IMG/VR virus record: IMGVR_UViG_3300020045_004580
Location: 2,883 to 66,882 of that record
Strand: one strand, 5' to 3'
Length of the DNA stretch: 64,000 nt
From: a virus
Lineage: Duplodnaviria > Caudoviricetes
Shown here: piece after piece, positions 12,201 through 21,025 of the stretch
How positions within the stretch are numbered: the first letter of the stretch is position 1
Layout: the number at the start of each line of letters is the position of its first letter
Translations under genes and position numbers: made by a program
The notes under the pieces: model-generated
What the model saw: only the letters and a program-made list of their open reading frames with translations
What the model was told of the DNA's origin: nothing
Database searches by the model: none

Positions 12201-15200
12201 ATAATTAGTATTTAATCCATCAGTAATGTAATCCATTATAACTTCATTAATAGCTTCAATATTATTATTTTCACTATCTTCTGTTAAGGCTTCTTCATTT
12301 ATATTACCATTTATCCATAAATCTTTAATATTATTAAACTCTGGTAACATAAGAAATTTACTAGCTCCTTTATTATAATCTTTAATATTAATACCTTTTT
12401 TATTTTGATTATTAAGTATTCTTAAAAATTCCCCTTCAAATAATTGAGAACGTAAAAATTTTAAATCTATATCAGATAATTTATTATCTGTCATATTATA
12501 TAATCTACCTTGAGCTTGTATAATAAAAGCATTAGATTTATCAGATAAAGCAGGTATAATAAATTTATGAATTGGTATACTACCGTTTAATCTATTTTTA
12601 TTATTATTAAAAAATAAACTAAGACTCATTTTAATAAATTCTTTTTTATCTAAAGTATTAACAAGTTTTGCTTTATTATTTATATTTACAGAATAACTAT
12701 CAATAGTTTCATAACCAAAATCAGAAACAAAATCTCCTGTATTAATAGATGCTGTATATTTATTATATAATTTAGATAACCAAGTAGATGTAGATGAAAA
12801 AGGATTATTATTTAAGTTTTTAAGTAATTTTACATTATTCTTTAAATCTATTAATCTTTCCATGAAATATCGATTATTAGTAACTCCCCATATAGTATCT
12901 CCATTTGAGTTTTTATATGAAGATGTAAAAGTACTTTTATCAAAATTTTTTAAAAAATTAGCAAATTGTTTAAAAACATTATCATCATAAAAAATATCAA
13001 TATCTTTATATAAAGGGTTACCATCTTTATCAGTTTCCATCATAAAATCTAATCTATTTTTTATTCCTCTAAGATAACCATCTGAATGTTCAAATTGTTG
13101 ACTAAGATTTTTTAATTTGCCATTAACAAATACACCATTACGTAACTTTTCAAAAGCAGGTAAAGATAGCTCAATACCTATAACTTTAAATAAAGTTTGA
13201 AAAGCAGGATATGTTTGTAAATCTTTATTACCAGTTAAACCATTATATAAATTAGTAAAAGCATTATAAATAACAGGAGAAAGAGAAACTTTATCATCCA
13301 TTAAATTATAACCTCCAATAGATTTTAGGTTAATATCCCATTTTCTGATAAGCTCTTTTGTAGCGTTTTGTGTGCTATTTTTAATGATTTCAAGCGACAA
13401 ACTTTCGTTGTCCTTATTTGAATACTCAATAATTTTTATATGGTCTGTATTGTTCTTATTAAAAACCTTAACAAACTGTAATTGAGTTTGTAAATCTAAC
13501 TCTTTAATCTTATTAATAACATTAGCATAATAAGGTTGAGTAGTTTTTAAAGATTCTAATATTTGAATAGCTACTTGTATTTTAGGAAGTAAAGAAGAAT
13601 TTACATCAGGAGAAAACTTATTAGTATTCATACCAGCGTTATCACTAGATTTAGAGAAAACTTTAATTAAATCTTGATAAACTACATTAGCATTAACACG
13701 TACTGGAATTTGTAATGCTGTTTTTCTAGGTATAATTTTACTTACTCTAGTAATATTATCTATTAATTTTCCATTATTATCTAAAGTAGGATTATTAACT
13801 TCTTCAAAAGACATCTGAGCATCAACTATATTATATAATAAATATTTTATTTCATTACTTAAACCTAATTTAGGGTCAATACTAAATTCATTTTGATCAT
13901 ATATTTTTTCTCTTTCTGTAGCATCATCAATATCATTACCATCAGGAGAATCTACATTTTCTTCATTAGGATTTTGATTATCATTAGTATTTTCTATTAT
14001 TACGTTTTTAGAATTAACAATAACACCAAGTTGTCTAGTTAAATCTAGTCTAACTATTTCTAATATTTTAGATTTATTAGCTTTAATAATATTAACTTGT
14101 TCATTTAATTTATCATAACCTTTATAATTTTGATTTTTAGCTTTTAAAACAACTACATCAAATAAATCAGTTTTAGCATCAAAAAATTCTTCTAATTTAA
14201 TTATAGAAGAATTAGTTTTTTTACTTTCTAAATGTAAAGCATAATAATCTTGAACAATATCAGTTACTACTGTTTCTTGCATAGCGTTAGATAAACCCTC
14301 TATTTTATGAGGAGAAGTAAGTTTTTCTTCTACATTAGGGGATAAATCTACAGCAATATTTACATTTTCAATATTAATTTCATTCCATGTATTACCATAT
14401 TCATCAGTAATAACTTTTACATTATCTTTACTATAAGTTTTATTAAGAATATTAGTTACAGTATTTTCATAAAAGTTATATATAGGTTTTAAAGCACCAA
14501 AACCTTCTGTTTCTACTCTTTCAAGTTCTTCTTTAAGTTGGTTTATTTCCTTATCTTGAGAATAAGCTCCTATTTCTCTATTTAAATAATCTGCTTCTTG
14601 TTGAGTTTCTATTTTGTTATCACCTTCAATTGGAGTAAACCCCTCTTGATATTTATTGTAATAATCTCCAATTTTATATTCTTTTTTTGTAACTTTTTCT
14701 TTCGCTTTTTCAAGTTCTTTAATCCTATCTTCTTTTTGTTTTTTAAATTCTTCTAAAGTAGTATGACCTTCAATTTTACTTGCAGTATTACCAGTAGGAA
14801 ATAATACTTTTTCATAATCTTTTTTAGCACTATTTTGTATAATAGATTTAATAAAAAATGTAACCCAATTATTATCTTTGTTTAAAAGCTGTAAAAATTG
14901 ATTATCTTTTTTACCTTTTATTATTTTATTATTATTATTATTTATTCTTTTATTATTAACATCTTCTATATTATAATCATCTTCAAGTAATTCTAAAAAA
15001 GAAGCACCATCTTGTGTTTGTAATTTTTCTAAATTATCTTCAATTAAATAGGAGTTATCTCTATTTTTCTGAAATAAATCAGATTGTACTTCTAGTATTC
15101 TACGAGTTTTAGTATCTTTTTTATTTACAAAAGGGGTAATAGGTTCGCTTTTAATATCTTCAAGCATTTGTTTATAAGATTCAGCGTGTCTATCTATTGT

Positions 15201-18200
15201 ACTATCAGGTACGTTAGCTCTATTTTCACCTCTTTCAATCTGTGCTTTTATTCTTTGTTTAGCGAGTTCAGGATTTAACTCCATTAGCTTGTATTGAATA
15301 TTAGCATTAGGAATTTCTTTTTTAATAGCTTTTATAAAAGGTAATCTTTTATCTTTAGTTAAATTAGTAGTATCAAATACAACTTGTTTACCTTGTTTAA
15401 TAGCCGTTACAGCTTTTTTAGCAGCTTCTTCATATATTTCTTTATCTTTAGATTTATCATTTATATCACCTGTAAATTCTACTCTCATAGCATCTGGTTC
15501 TATAACTACTAAATTTTCTTGTGGTAGAGATTTTATAAATGTTGATTTTCCGCTTCCACTTGTTCCAATAGGTAATATTACGTTTGGCTCTGATTTAGTT
15601 TGTTCATCACTTCTAAACCACCCAATACCATTATCAGTAGCAAATTGGGCATGCCCTTTAATAGAAGGAGTAATAGCTGGAGTAGCTATTTCATTTTCTG
15701 TGTAATTAGTACCTCCTGGAACTGTTAAATTAGAATAATATTTAGTTGGAGTTTCTACATTAGTTATTTTTACAGCTTCATTATATTCTTCTTTAGTTAT
15801 TCTTTCATCATTTTTAAAATATTTAATTTCATTATCTCCTATAACTACAGGTGGTTGTGTTCTATAAGTATTTTCATTAATAGTTACATCTTCTATACCT
15901 ACAATAGTTTGCCCTTTATTACCTTTATTTTTAGTAGTATTAATTTCAATAGTGTAACTATAATTAGCTAATAAATCTGTAATAATTTCTTCTCTATTAG
16001 TTTTATTTAAGTCTAATGTTAATTGTTTTTGTTTTTTAGGTATTTGTAATTCTGTTAAGATTTTATCTAATGACCAATTATTTTTATTACCTTTTTCAAA
16101 TACTTGTTTAGATTTATTACTATTAAGAATATTAACAACTTTTAAAGTATATTGAATTTCTGGAATATTAGATATAATATCAGGACTTAAATCTTCATCA
16201 GTAACATCACTAAATAAATCATCAGCTTCTTCTACTTCTTTTATAATAGATTCTATTTTTTTAGGTAATTTATTTTTGTTAGTTGATTTTATTAATTTAT
16301 CAGTTTTATTTTCTAATAAAGGTAAATCAAAATTAATACGTTTTTGAATGGTAGTTATTTTATTACCACTAGGTAATACAATAGAACCATAAGGAGATAC
16401 TGAAACTTGTTTGATATAATTATCATAAGTTGGGAACTCTTTATCTATTCCTTCTTGATTAATAATTAATAAAGGATTATTAGATTTTAAATTTTCTAAA
16501 GAAGCATTAGCAAAAGAATCTTCTAATATATCTTTAATATTAACTAATAAATCATTTAATTCATCTTCTTTTCCTTTATATTCAGAAGCTTTAATAGTAT
16601 AAACATCTAAACCTTGACCACGTCCTATATAAAAATCTCCTTTAATAAAATTAATATAAACTTCATCTTCGGGTCTTGTATTTAAAGCATCTTTAAAAGA
16701 GTTTAAATCTTCAGGAAAATAATTATTAATTTTAATAGAAGAAGTATTTACTAATTTAGATATATAATTTTCTAATCCTTTATTAGTTAAAGTATTTAAA
16801 TTAATTCTATTTTGTAAAGCTTTTGTACCTTCATTATGTTCACCTAATGCAAAAGCTCGTAAACTATCTACAATTGCAATTTGCATAGGTTGAAATAATC
16901 TTGTTCTACTACCATAATAAAAATAATCTTTAACTTTAATTACAACACTTCCTTCATTAAAATGTAAATATTCAGGTAATGGTATATTACCATTTGTAGT
17001 TACTAATTCTCCATTTTGTATAATACCAACAGGAAATTCCTCAAATTGAGAAAGAAATGTAGCATCTTCTTCATTAGGATTAGTAATAGGAGCTCCTTTA
17101 GATATTTCAGTTATTTTAGATGTAACTTGTTCTCCGTTAATTATACGATTACGTAAATTAATTAAATTAGCTCTATCTAATTCTATATTATCAGGAGTAT
17201 TATTTATATTTTCAGCAGTAATCCAAGATACATTATGTAAATATAATCCATTAATTAATTCTCCATTATGAATAACCCCGATAGGTTTCTCTTCTACGGG
17301 CAAGGTATTAGCTAATACTATATTACCATTGTCATCTGTATAAGATTCTAAAGGTATAAAACTAATTTCATCTCCTATATTAAAATAATTATCTTCTAAT
17401 ATTTTAAAATCTAGATTAGTATTAAGTAAATTAGATAATAAACCTTTATCTATTTCATAATATACTTGTCCTTCTTTAGTTACTTTTTTTACTTCATAAT
17501 AAACTTTGCCATCTTCTGTAGTTCTTTTTATAGCTTTAGTATTAAAAGCTTGAGATAAATAAGCTAAAACATTACTACCTGTTTCATTATAAATAGGATA
17601 AGCAATTCCATTAACTTCAGCACTTGGATTATTTAATATAATATTTTGTTTAGTATTTTGCATTGCAATTCTAGATTCTTCATCAATATCATATACAAAT
17701 ACCCCACTAGGTAAAGTAACTTTAGCTAATTTATTAGATAATACTAAATCATTATTAGTATCTTCTATTGTATCAAATAAATCTTTATAAGTTCTAGATT
17801 CATTTGTATTATTAGCTAAATTAAATAAAGCTTGTAAAGAATTATATTGTGATTTAACCAATCTACTACCTAATACAGTAACAAATTCAGTCATTACATC
17901 TTCATAATTAGTAATATCTATACCTCTATTACCCATAGTTTCTAAAATAGAACTATAAATATCATATTTTGCATCTAATACTTCTTTATTAAAAGGTAGT
18001 TTTTCTTCTGTTTCTTCATCAAATGCTGGATTTTCAAAATTATCTTCTTCTAAATCTAAAGCAAAATCAGTAATCTCAGAATCATATATATCATTAGCTT
18101 CTTTTTCTTCTGGAGATAAATTTACTTTTTCAGCTTCAAGTTCTCTTAATTTATCTTCTAATTTAGTTACAAATTTACGAGTAACTTCTTCTCCATCAGA

Positions 18201-20999
18201 AGCTAAAGCTTTACTATATTGATAATTATTATATACTTTATTTTCTATACTATCTTTTATTTTATTTATTTTAGTATCTAAAGATAATTTACTATTTAAA
18301 GTTTCATTTATATAAGCAGTATCAACATCAATAACTTGTTGCATAACACTAGATGCTTTTATATCTGATACATCAAAATTACCAAAAGATGTATTATTAT
18401 TTGAAACATTGACAGTAGTTGTCGGTTGAGCATTACCCGTAAGAGAAGTAACAGTCGTTGGAGTTGGAGTTGTATTAGGTTTTTTAAATTCTTCTTGTTT
18501 TAGCTCTAAATTATCTACTCTATCTGTAATATTTTTTTTCTTTTTAATTATATTACCTAAAGAAATACTACTTCTTTTAGTATCAGATTTTTTAGTTTTT
18601 TCTGCAATTTGTTTATTTCTATACAAATTAATATATTCAGCTAATTCTTTAGTATATTTATCAGAAGTAACTTTTTGTAACTCTAATGTATTAGCTAATG
18701 ATTTTTGTTTTGCAATAGTAATAGCTTTTTGTAAATCATCTAATTCTTCTTTAATTTTTGTATCTTGTAACTCAACTGGTACTTCTTTTGTATCTAAACC
18801 TTCAGTAGTTTTATTATTTTGAGTATAATAGTTACTAAGAAGTTCATCGAAAGTTTTTAAAGTTTTATTATATTTTTCTTCTAATTCTTTAACATCTCTT
18901 TCATTTAAGTAAGAATTATTAAGTTTATCATAAACTTCTGTACTATTTATAAAAGATCTACTAAGATTATAATTATTCTCATAAATATCTATAGTTTTTA
19001 AAATATTATTAGCTTTATTTTTATAGTATTCAGGAGAATCAGGTTTTTCATCATTTAATATACCTTTAGTTTTAGCAACTTCTTCGTCCATTTCTGCATA
19101 TTTTTTATACAGATTTTTTAACTCGGAGGTTGTACCGATACTAGACGCTTTATAGACTTGGTGGCTTAAAAGAGCACGTTCTAATAGATTATTTTTTTGC
19201 GAAGAAGATAAAGTAGGGTCACTTTTAATTTGATTCATTAAATTGGCTGAAAATTCAGCAGAAATTGTAGAATTTACAATATCATTTAATTTATCCTCTT
19301 TAGAAGATTTATCATAATCAGCCACAGCAGACTGTTGAGCAACATATAAAGAATCTAATTGTTGAGCAGTAGAAGTTGTATAACCTGCTGGATTTTTATT
19401 AGTACCTAAACCAATAGGCTTATCCTTACTAGCTTGAGCTTGTGCATAAGCAGTTGCAGCTTGAATACTAGATTCTTTATTAGTTTCTGTTATAGGATTT
19501 TCCATAAGATACTGGTTAAAGTGTCTCATGTAAGATTCATTTGTAGATGTTTGAATATATTTACCAGCTTTAGTAAGAGCAGTTTGACCTACTCCCCCTA
19601 TTACACCTAATATAGGAGATTCAAGTCCTTCTGCTGTACCTAATCTATCTATTGCTTTTTTAAATGTTAAAGGAGTATTAGTATCTAAATTTTCTCCATA
19701 TATTTGACCTAAATCATTAATATATTCTTCTGCCCCTTCTTTCCCACCTTCTATAGCTGTATTTAATAATCCTTCTTTTTTAATTAATTTACTTAAATTT
19801 GTAGGAGATTTTAAAAATAAATCAGAAGAACTAGTATTAAGTAACATATTTAATCTATTAAAATTAATAGATGCGGCAGCTCCTTTAGATGCAGATACTT
19901 GAGCTAGTTTTTTAGCCTCTTCTTCAGATTTACCAGATACTATTGCATTATTATATGTAGATTCATATACATTTTTATATACATCTGCTCCTATACCAAC
20001 ACTTTCAGCTTGATTCATTAAAAAATTTACAGATAAACTTTCAAGTCTAGCACCTACTTGATTTGCTTGTGCAGTAGATAATGCTTTTTGAAATTTAGAA
20101 GAACCTCTAATTCCATCTGCAACTTTTTTAGCAATAGAAGCAGAACGAGCCTCAGCAGCTGCATTTATAACTTTACCAGGAAGGGTAGTTAAACCCCCTA
20201 AAGCGTATCCAGCTAAAACAAAACCTCCTATAGAAGTAACTAAACTTTCTCCAGTTTCCATCCAATATGCAAAATCTCCAACATCTAAAGATTCATTAGG
20301 ATTTTCTCTATAAATAGGCATAGCATCTTTTACATTATCTTGAAATTGAGTTATAGCATCAGCTACAAAATTACCTACTTCATTATTACTATTAGACCAA
20401 TCCTCTACATCCAAAGCATTAGCTACTTGTTTAATAGCCTCAGGTACAACATTAACTAAAGTTCTACCAGTAGCATAAGCAGCTTGTTCCCAATTAGATT
20501 GATTTAATGCTCTTGATTTATCTAATTGAGTATTATTATCATAATAAAATTTATTCTTTGGTAAATAATCTTCATATTTACTATAATCAATATCTTGATT
20601 AATAGGTTTACTAATAGCAGTATCAGGTTTACTAATGGATGCCATATTCGTAAGAAAATCTCCTATAGGTTCTATAGGAGATTTAACAGCAGGAGTACGA
20701 GAATAAGTTGTAGTTTTATTTGTTTCTTTTATACTATTAGCTTCTTCAGTAGTCATTAGTTTTGGACTATTTGAATTAGAATCTAAAGTATCAAAAGATA
20801 ATTTATTTATAGCATTATCAGCTATACTTGGAATAATAGGAGGTTTTATATTATTTTTTACCTCTGTTTTATTTAATTTTTCTTTAGATTCTGGAGTATC
20901 TAAATTTGATAAATCTTTAGAGTTTTCAATTCCAGTTACATTTTCAATGTTGGTTGACTCAAGATTGTCGCCTTGATTTTTGTCATTTGCTAAAGCCAT
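3237..20999 (-). CDS. giant virion-packaged RNA polymerase polyprotein (crAss-like ejection/cargo protein), 5920 aa
   Basis: Double-psi beta-barrel RNAP catalytic motif MGSDFDVDK (nt 10440-10454, about aa 3516) preceded by RIPTSG...VVGFLP, typical of crAss-like vRNAPs (phi14:2 gp66 type); zincin-like EEAIH (about aa 4539); inserted P-loop kinase (about aa 1807-1949); lies at the end of the virion module. Confidence 0.9.
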   Translation of the reverse strand: MALANDKNQGDNLESTNIENVTGIENSKDLSNLDTPESKEKLNKTEVKNNIKPPIIPSIADNAINKLSFDTLDSNSNSPKLMTTEEANSIKETNKTTTYSRTPAVKSPIEPIGDFLTNMASISKPDTAISKPINQDIDYSKYEDYLPKNKFYYDNNTQLDKSRALNQSNWEQAAYATGRTLVNVVPEAIKQVANALDVEDWSNSNNEVGNFVADAITQFQDNVKDAMPIYRENPNESLDVGDFAYWMETGESLVTSIGGFVLAGYALGGLTTLPGKVINAAAEARSASIAKKVADGIRGSSKFQKALSTAQANQVGARLESLSVNFLMNQAESVGIGADVYKNVYESTYNNAIVSGKSEEEAKKLAQVSASKGAAASINFNRLNMLLNTSSSDLFLKSPTNLSKLIKKEGLLNTAIEGGKEGAEEYINDLGQIYGENLDTNTPLTFKKAIDRLGTAEGLESPILGVIGGVGQTALTKAGKYIQTSTNESYMRHFNQYLMENPITETNKESSIQAATAYAQAQASKDKPIGLGTNKNPAGYTTSTAQQLDSLYVAQQSAVADYDKSSKEDKLNDIVNSTISAEFSANLMNQIKSDPTLSSSQKNNLLERALLSHQVYKASSIGTTSELKNLYKKYAEMDEEVAKTKGILNDEKPDSPEYYKNKANNILKTIDIYENNYNLSRSFINSTEVYDKLNNSYLNERDVKELEEKYNKTLKTFDELLSNYYTQNNKTTEGLDTKEVPVELQDTKIKEELDDLQKAITIAKQKSLANTLELQKVTSDKYTKELAEYINLYRNKQIAEKTKKSDTKRSSISLGNIIKKKKNITDRVDNLELKQEEFKKPNTTPTPTTVTSLTGNAQPTTTVNVSNNNTSFGNFDVSDIKASSVMQQVIDVDTAYINETLNSKLSLDTKINKIKDSIENKVYNNYQYSKALASDGEEVTRKFVTKLEDKLRELEAEKVNLSPEEKEANDIYDSEITDFALDLEEDNFENPAFDEETEEKLPFNKEVLDAKYDIYSSILETMGNRGIDITNYEDVMTEFVTVLGSRLVKSQYNSLQALFNLANNTNESRTYKDLFDTIEDTNNDLVLSNKLAKVTLPSGVFVYDIDEESRIAMQNTKQNIILNNPSAEVNGIAYPIYNETGSNVLAYLSQAFNTKAIKRTTEDGKVYYEVKKVTKEGQVYYEIDKGLLSNLLNTNLDFKILEDNYFNIGDEISFIPLESYTDDNGNIVLANTLPVEEKPIGVIHNGELINGLYLHNVSWITAENINNTPDNIELDRANLINLRNRIINGEQVTSKITEISKGAPITNPNEEDATFLSQFEEFPVGIIQNGELVTTNGNIPLPEYLHFNEGSVVIKVKDYFYYGSRTRLFQPMQIAIVDSLRAFALGEHNEGTKALQNRINLNTLTNKGLENYISKLVNTSSIKINNYFPEDLNSFKDALNTRPEDEVYINFIKGDFYIGRGQGLDVYTIKASEYKGKEDELNDLLVNIKDILEDSFANASLENLKSNNPLLIINQEGIDKEFPTYDNYIKQVSVSPYGSIVLPSGNKITTIQKRINFDLPLLENKTDKLIKSTNKNKLPKKIESIIKEVEEADDLFSDVTDEDLSPDIISNIPEIQYTLKVVNILNSNKSKQVFEKGNKNNWSLDKILTELQIPKKQKQLTLDLNKTNREEIITDLLANYSYTIEINTTKNKGNKGQTIVGIEDVTINENTYRTQPPVVIGDNEIKYFKNDERITKEEYNEAVKITNVETPTKYYSNLTVPGGTNYTENEIATPAITPSIKGHAQFATDNGIGWFRSDEQTKSEPNVILPIGTSGSGKSTFIKSLPQENLVVIEPDAMRVEFTGDINDKSKDKEIYEEAAKKAVTAIKQGKQVVFDTTNLTKDKRLPFIKAIKKEIPNANIQYKLMELNPELAKQRIKAQIERGENRANVPDSTIDRHAESYKQMLEDIKSEPITPFVNKKDTKTRRILEVQSDLFQKNRDNSYLIEDNLEKLQTQDGASFLELLEDDYNIEDVNNKRINNNNNKIIKGKKDNQFLQLLNKDNNWVTFFIKSIIQNSAKKDYEKVLFPTGNTASKIEGHTTLEEFKKQKEDRIKELEKAKEKVTKKEYKIGDYYNKYQEGFTPIEGDNKIETQQEADYLNREIGAYSQDKEINQLKEELERVETEGFGALKPIYNFYENTVTNILNKTYSKDNVKVITDEYGNTWNEINIENVNIAVDLSPNVEEKLTSPHKIEGLSNAMQETVVTDIVQDYYALHLESKKTNSSIIKLEEFFDAKTDLFDVVVLKAKNQNYKGYDKLNEQVNIIKANKSKILEIVRLDLTRQLGVIVNSKNVIIENTNDNQNPNEENVDSPDGNDIDDATEREKIYDQNEFSIDPKLGLSNEIKYLLYNIVDAQMSFEEVNNPTLDNNGKLIDNITRVSKIIPRKTALQIPVRVNANVVYQDLIKVFSKSSDNAGMNTNKFSPDVNSSLLPKIQVAIQILESLKTTQPYYANVINKIKELDLQTQLQFVKVFNKNNTDHIKIIEYSNKDNESLSLEIIKNSTQNATKELIRKWDINLKSIGGYNLMDDKVSLSPVIYNAFTNLYNGLTGNKDLQTYPAFQTLFKVIGIELSLPAFEKLRNGVFVNGKLKNLSQQFEHSDGYLRGIKNRLDFMMETDKDGNPLYKDIDIFYDDNVFKQFANFLKNFDKSTFTSSYKNSNGDTIWGVTNNRYFMERLIDLKNNVKLLKNLNNNPFSSTSTWLSKLYNKYTASINTGDFVSDFGYETIDSYSVNINNKAKLVNTLDKKEFIKMSLSLFFNNNKNRLNGSIPIHKFIIPALSDKSNAFIIQAQGRLYNMTDNKLSDIDLKFLRSQLFEGEFLRILNNQNKKGINIKDYNKGASKFLMLPEFNNIKDLWINGNINEEALTEDSENNNIEAINEVIMDYITDGLNTNYNKWEKLGLLKKGKENKYSDKMIFIDKKYSDAFKENPRITMEEGKGVALNYTINYLVANANMQQLLFNDPAFYTKLNEDKSVNIENTFDNATKRYAAVNGGKEDFQFPSGSTFSVLSIEDTDIQSTSNDYLSQLWADHPSLQNVLKSYSSIENGDAQEYTSLEEHLDRMVYNAMIPKSTAINILKTYKETGKVNKVDLDTVLIPFKPLYFNTYMGSNGIMETLYIKTSSLPLIKEFTNNTQLDILRDYLENPKNKVKVAVFASGIKAGNPIESVKLFDKQGNIIPEALKGNIDKHIIKNIPREGHGNQQDNPDKSNKSEINDGTQQAKLSFTNILDVLGFKNPLDKTKEISGRELSNMYLNKYEERFKIQYQKLIKELDIKNGNIGNIAKLKKILSDEAISKGWTFNETASFELDESGLNFDIPLWQSISSSKIENLLSSIVDNRIRKRKRFGRAYILASDAGIRSFNSEVDSKNNGITFLDTFKGELKNSYNDNGVMTSADILVPFRFFDNNGKLLNIKDFINKDGNLDTEKLPIELLQGFGFRIPTSGINLMSNIRVVGFLPESYGDVVIAPADFTKQMGSDFDVDKFYTNTYATFYNEDTNSLEKLTTKHIEERKVIIDNIFKLNNDVKRLKNYKGKTKVELLKDIKLNKKIEESKSLYKIKNIEILVIDNEILDIQRSILDNPSKEVQRARTKPLSFGRLEEMIQKFANKVTKDYYTFLDRNVQDDNYISGNLGKTAVGNFSLDMILNSLGQYSKDPLYFQYKISTKDGYTFKPVYINTFGFKNNNINDPFLNDGSGRYKSDVLEGLMAAALDNGKEKILGKLNVSDSTFDFIRAMIASGYNEEVIMGIINQPVVKMYLDSVTNSTVKNSLLSAVYGLKKTSTNLANYSLDSLQADFNMFSDNITDKELISIFNNSVKDGVILKPELDLQLNSLALFLMMEKNGQALAQVRSALNVDSTGVGKNIVYSAAKLQQADSAMNNTTIANVGSYFNGYTYNPDTQEYDKTYSSIGQSALTYGVSTNVALWSKFFPFNNLTIQNLITDIGQKTGKDIFRLSSYSDYASLVLKDLKSFLSAKQIDKAVPVFMKGMEARDIYKSIIYSSTSHESLGEFIQNLRDNNENNIKYTNDLLNSLYIDFKPVIQVTDINPAIINIQYSSVSKVDNSENKIVNSLIEMINEPVYLGTWNNNAITSKDLGNLLILHQFYSKGVPSSTKFIQYIPTTYLKQLGYYSNTSKTFSDFINPTMENNLLIPQFKIQHLQHNMKDYYDYKLDNGYKGYFENGKFTGKNIKDLPSYIVFREDGKYHTQYKTSNGFIRLNPLGWGDNTEYDLDIMNPTSLDFRNNSSLINVKENKIKDIQSTKVESNLMVKNNIPFTAQIDSTVGERTIISVNNSDIPAYPIQLTQNGTTSEFYLTKKGNSYNNLYHPITNTIVPIEDLAISNKKIDRDINLINSLSILPLNILVELGLTTEVETINIKAIEENINDFMTITRDKSEDVFPDEINNETRDFADELGLTDKSLNLQDRYALIFNIIQKTNGKSNPILRYFLSNASTILPIISTTPIILDYNLKAKGMYKSTSEYGYIAINPSKFNTIEDMASVVAEEAIHALFKKQVKNENPITKDLENLRKEVEDLLIEEYGQEFINSMKEAVSSKDINKRRPLIKGVESDLIYSILNLDEFIAAVLTKPKFQEYLNNKEIKLAKKTLWTKLLELLSGLLNALGVKSNTKLADAIGGILALTDDIRNNHLANLPKPKYERSISFINEKFNLVSDTNELSPKGNASEIANFINENFAGVKATIIEKDYVEVLPLSFNNYSLNIDTNLAPDDWSLDSLEFAGVNITGNKESNKNIRANYYQYASSLRSRIIQGEKKLRRLKAENNILEAEKLNEIILKDKVDLMSVPKLKNLTDFALKAKEDLDTVNNILSNPMNSEDIVYSRNILNFWKDAREYTFTAKHKESVELMNRYSIIEDEAKNAITKLQIIEKNYLNKFVSESLGRDIKLDEVFKNYKDINSLTANVRDISTYDNELLSAIWKEIQVAGYKAEEESEKLLNKLNNIIDNIMPKLKSIDSSNPYEIFRQKSENALKTNHLINVYSTQFYKDKSKAFNLAKESQTSISANNYANWTKINTKVINLSLYFDSDTYTETELNNNRETLKNEIGEYSYNLWFNGQNRKINSYNKRKEAIEASIKSDYNIELSDDISNNSEALLKLQNWDKKHSPFEFNKIINSNTYKYYEGSEGIDGFQYYEVLPKKEEHFNKDFEIIANDSDLLEFYNEFSEIYEDLKKYVPSSQLANLMFGGLPVIEKSIYQMYSTDGMKVGFKALQKAWTKSITSTYKNDIKTEFDLVTEQNAKQMHIPGITSNSTYVNNYVNSKAIDYEIQTGKLPTSDLISQYREEAVNFIADQGDFDLGKLMKIFSTLVIGYKHKAAIEDMVKIAQYTINSYQESEFNIDGSKAFRNGGAQSVLPINESFVNMKKALTYTINNTLYGEIKEEEGRSSKKLLTPEEKELKNSYVESLLSLQTKYDNQEVTEDFYNNLKDTIETNIEKLGSNIVASKVGDNWLKAVQLKLMGWNLLGGFSNSAFGFISNMIEASGEGSFNLDEMRNAYKMATASIAKNLTFNKWEAGESGKIRNAMDKLNVLKEASHELYTSNDSLTLGDKFKFASPYNLNQRTEYLNQAPIMIIYAKKTIVDTKEGKISLWDGMNENWEWNTNKYGVLPEKVLLDMRIAITKQIQRLHGNYDPASPLMIKQKFVGRALSQFRTWLYESVAVRFEKERIDDGIQQVVKGRYRTLAGIIFENEGRLDKVEGLKEFSKAMVTAFTFGKINLEAFKDTNLSKVDEQNMRKIAMELVLLLDVYILIALLKAGLSDDDEESKAMYNVLLNQGTRLKSDLLLYVNPNETRNILKDIIPSVSLWDDTVGFLSAITKLEEDEIQSGVHKGNSRIGTATMKLIPGASKLYSTYNSGSQIYDKTIDVSNDED
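6851..11821. repeat. dispersed motif, three copies in the vRNAP gene (6851-6875 plus; 9613-9637 minus; 11796-11821 plus)
   Basis: TGCCCTTAGGAGAGAGTTCATTAGT; AGCCCGTAGTGAAAATGTATCTCGA; TGCCCATAATTGAGATAGATAATCGT. Confidence 0.75.
17278..18458. repeat. dispersed motif, two copies in the vRNAP gene (17278-17302 minus; 18434-18458 plus)
   Basis: TGCCCGTAGAAGAGAAACCTATCGG and TACCCGTAAGAGAAGTAACAGTCGT. Confidence 0.8.
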
Positions 21000-21025
21000 A
21001 ATTATTATTTTTGTTTAAATTGTTT

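Noticed and set aside
15140-15600. KSEP peptide on both sides of the kinase insert as a target-site duplication
   Set aside because: The nucleotides differ (AAA TCA GAG CCA vs AAA AGC GAA CCT), so it is probably coincidence
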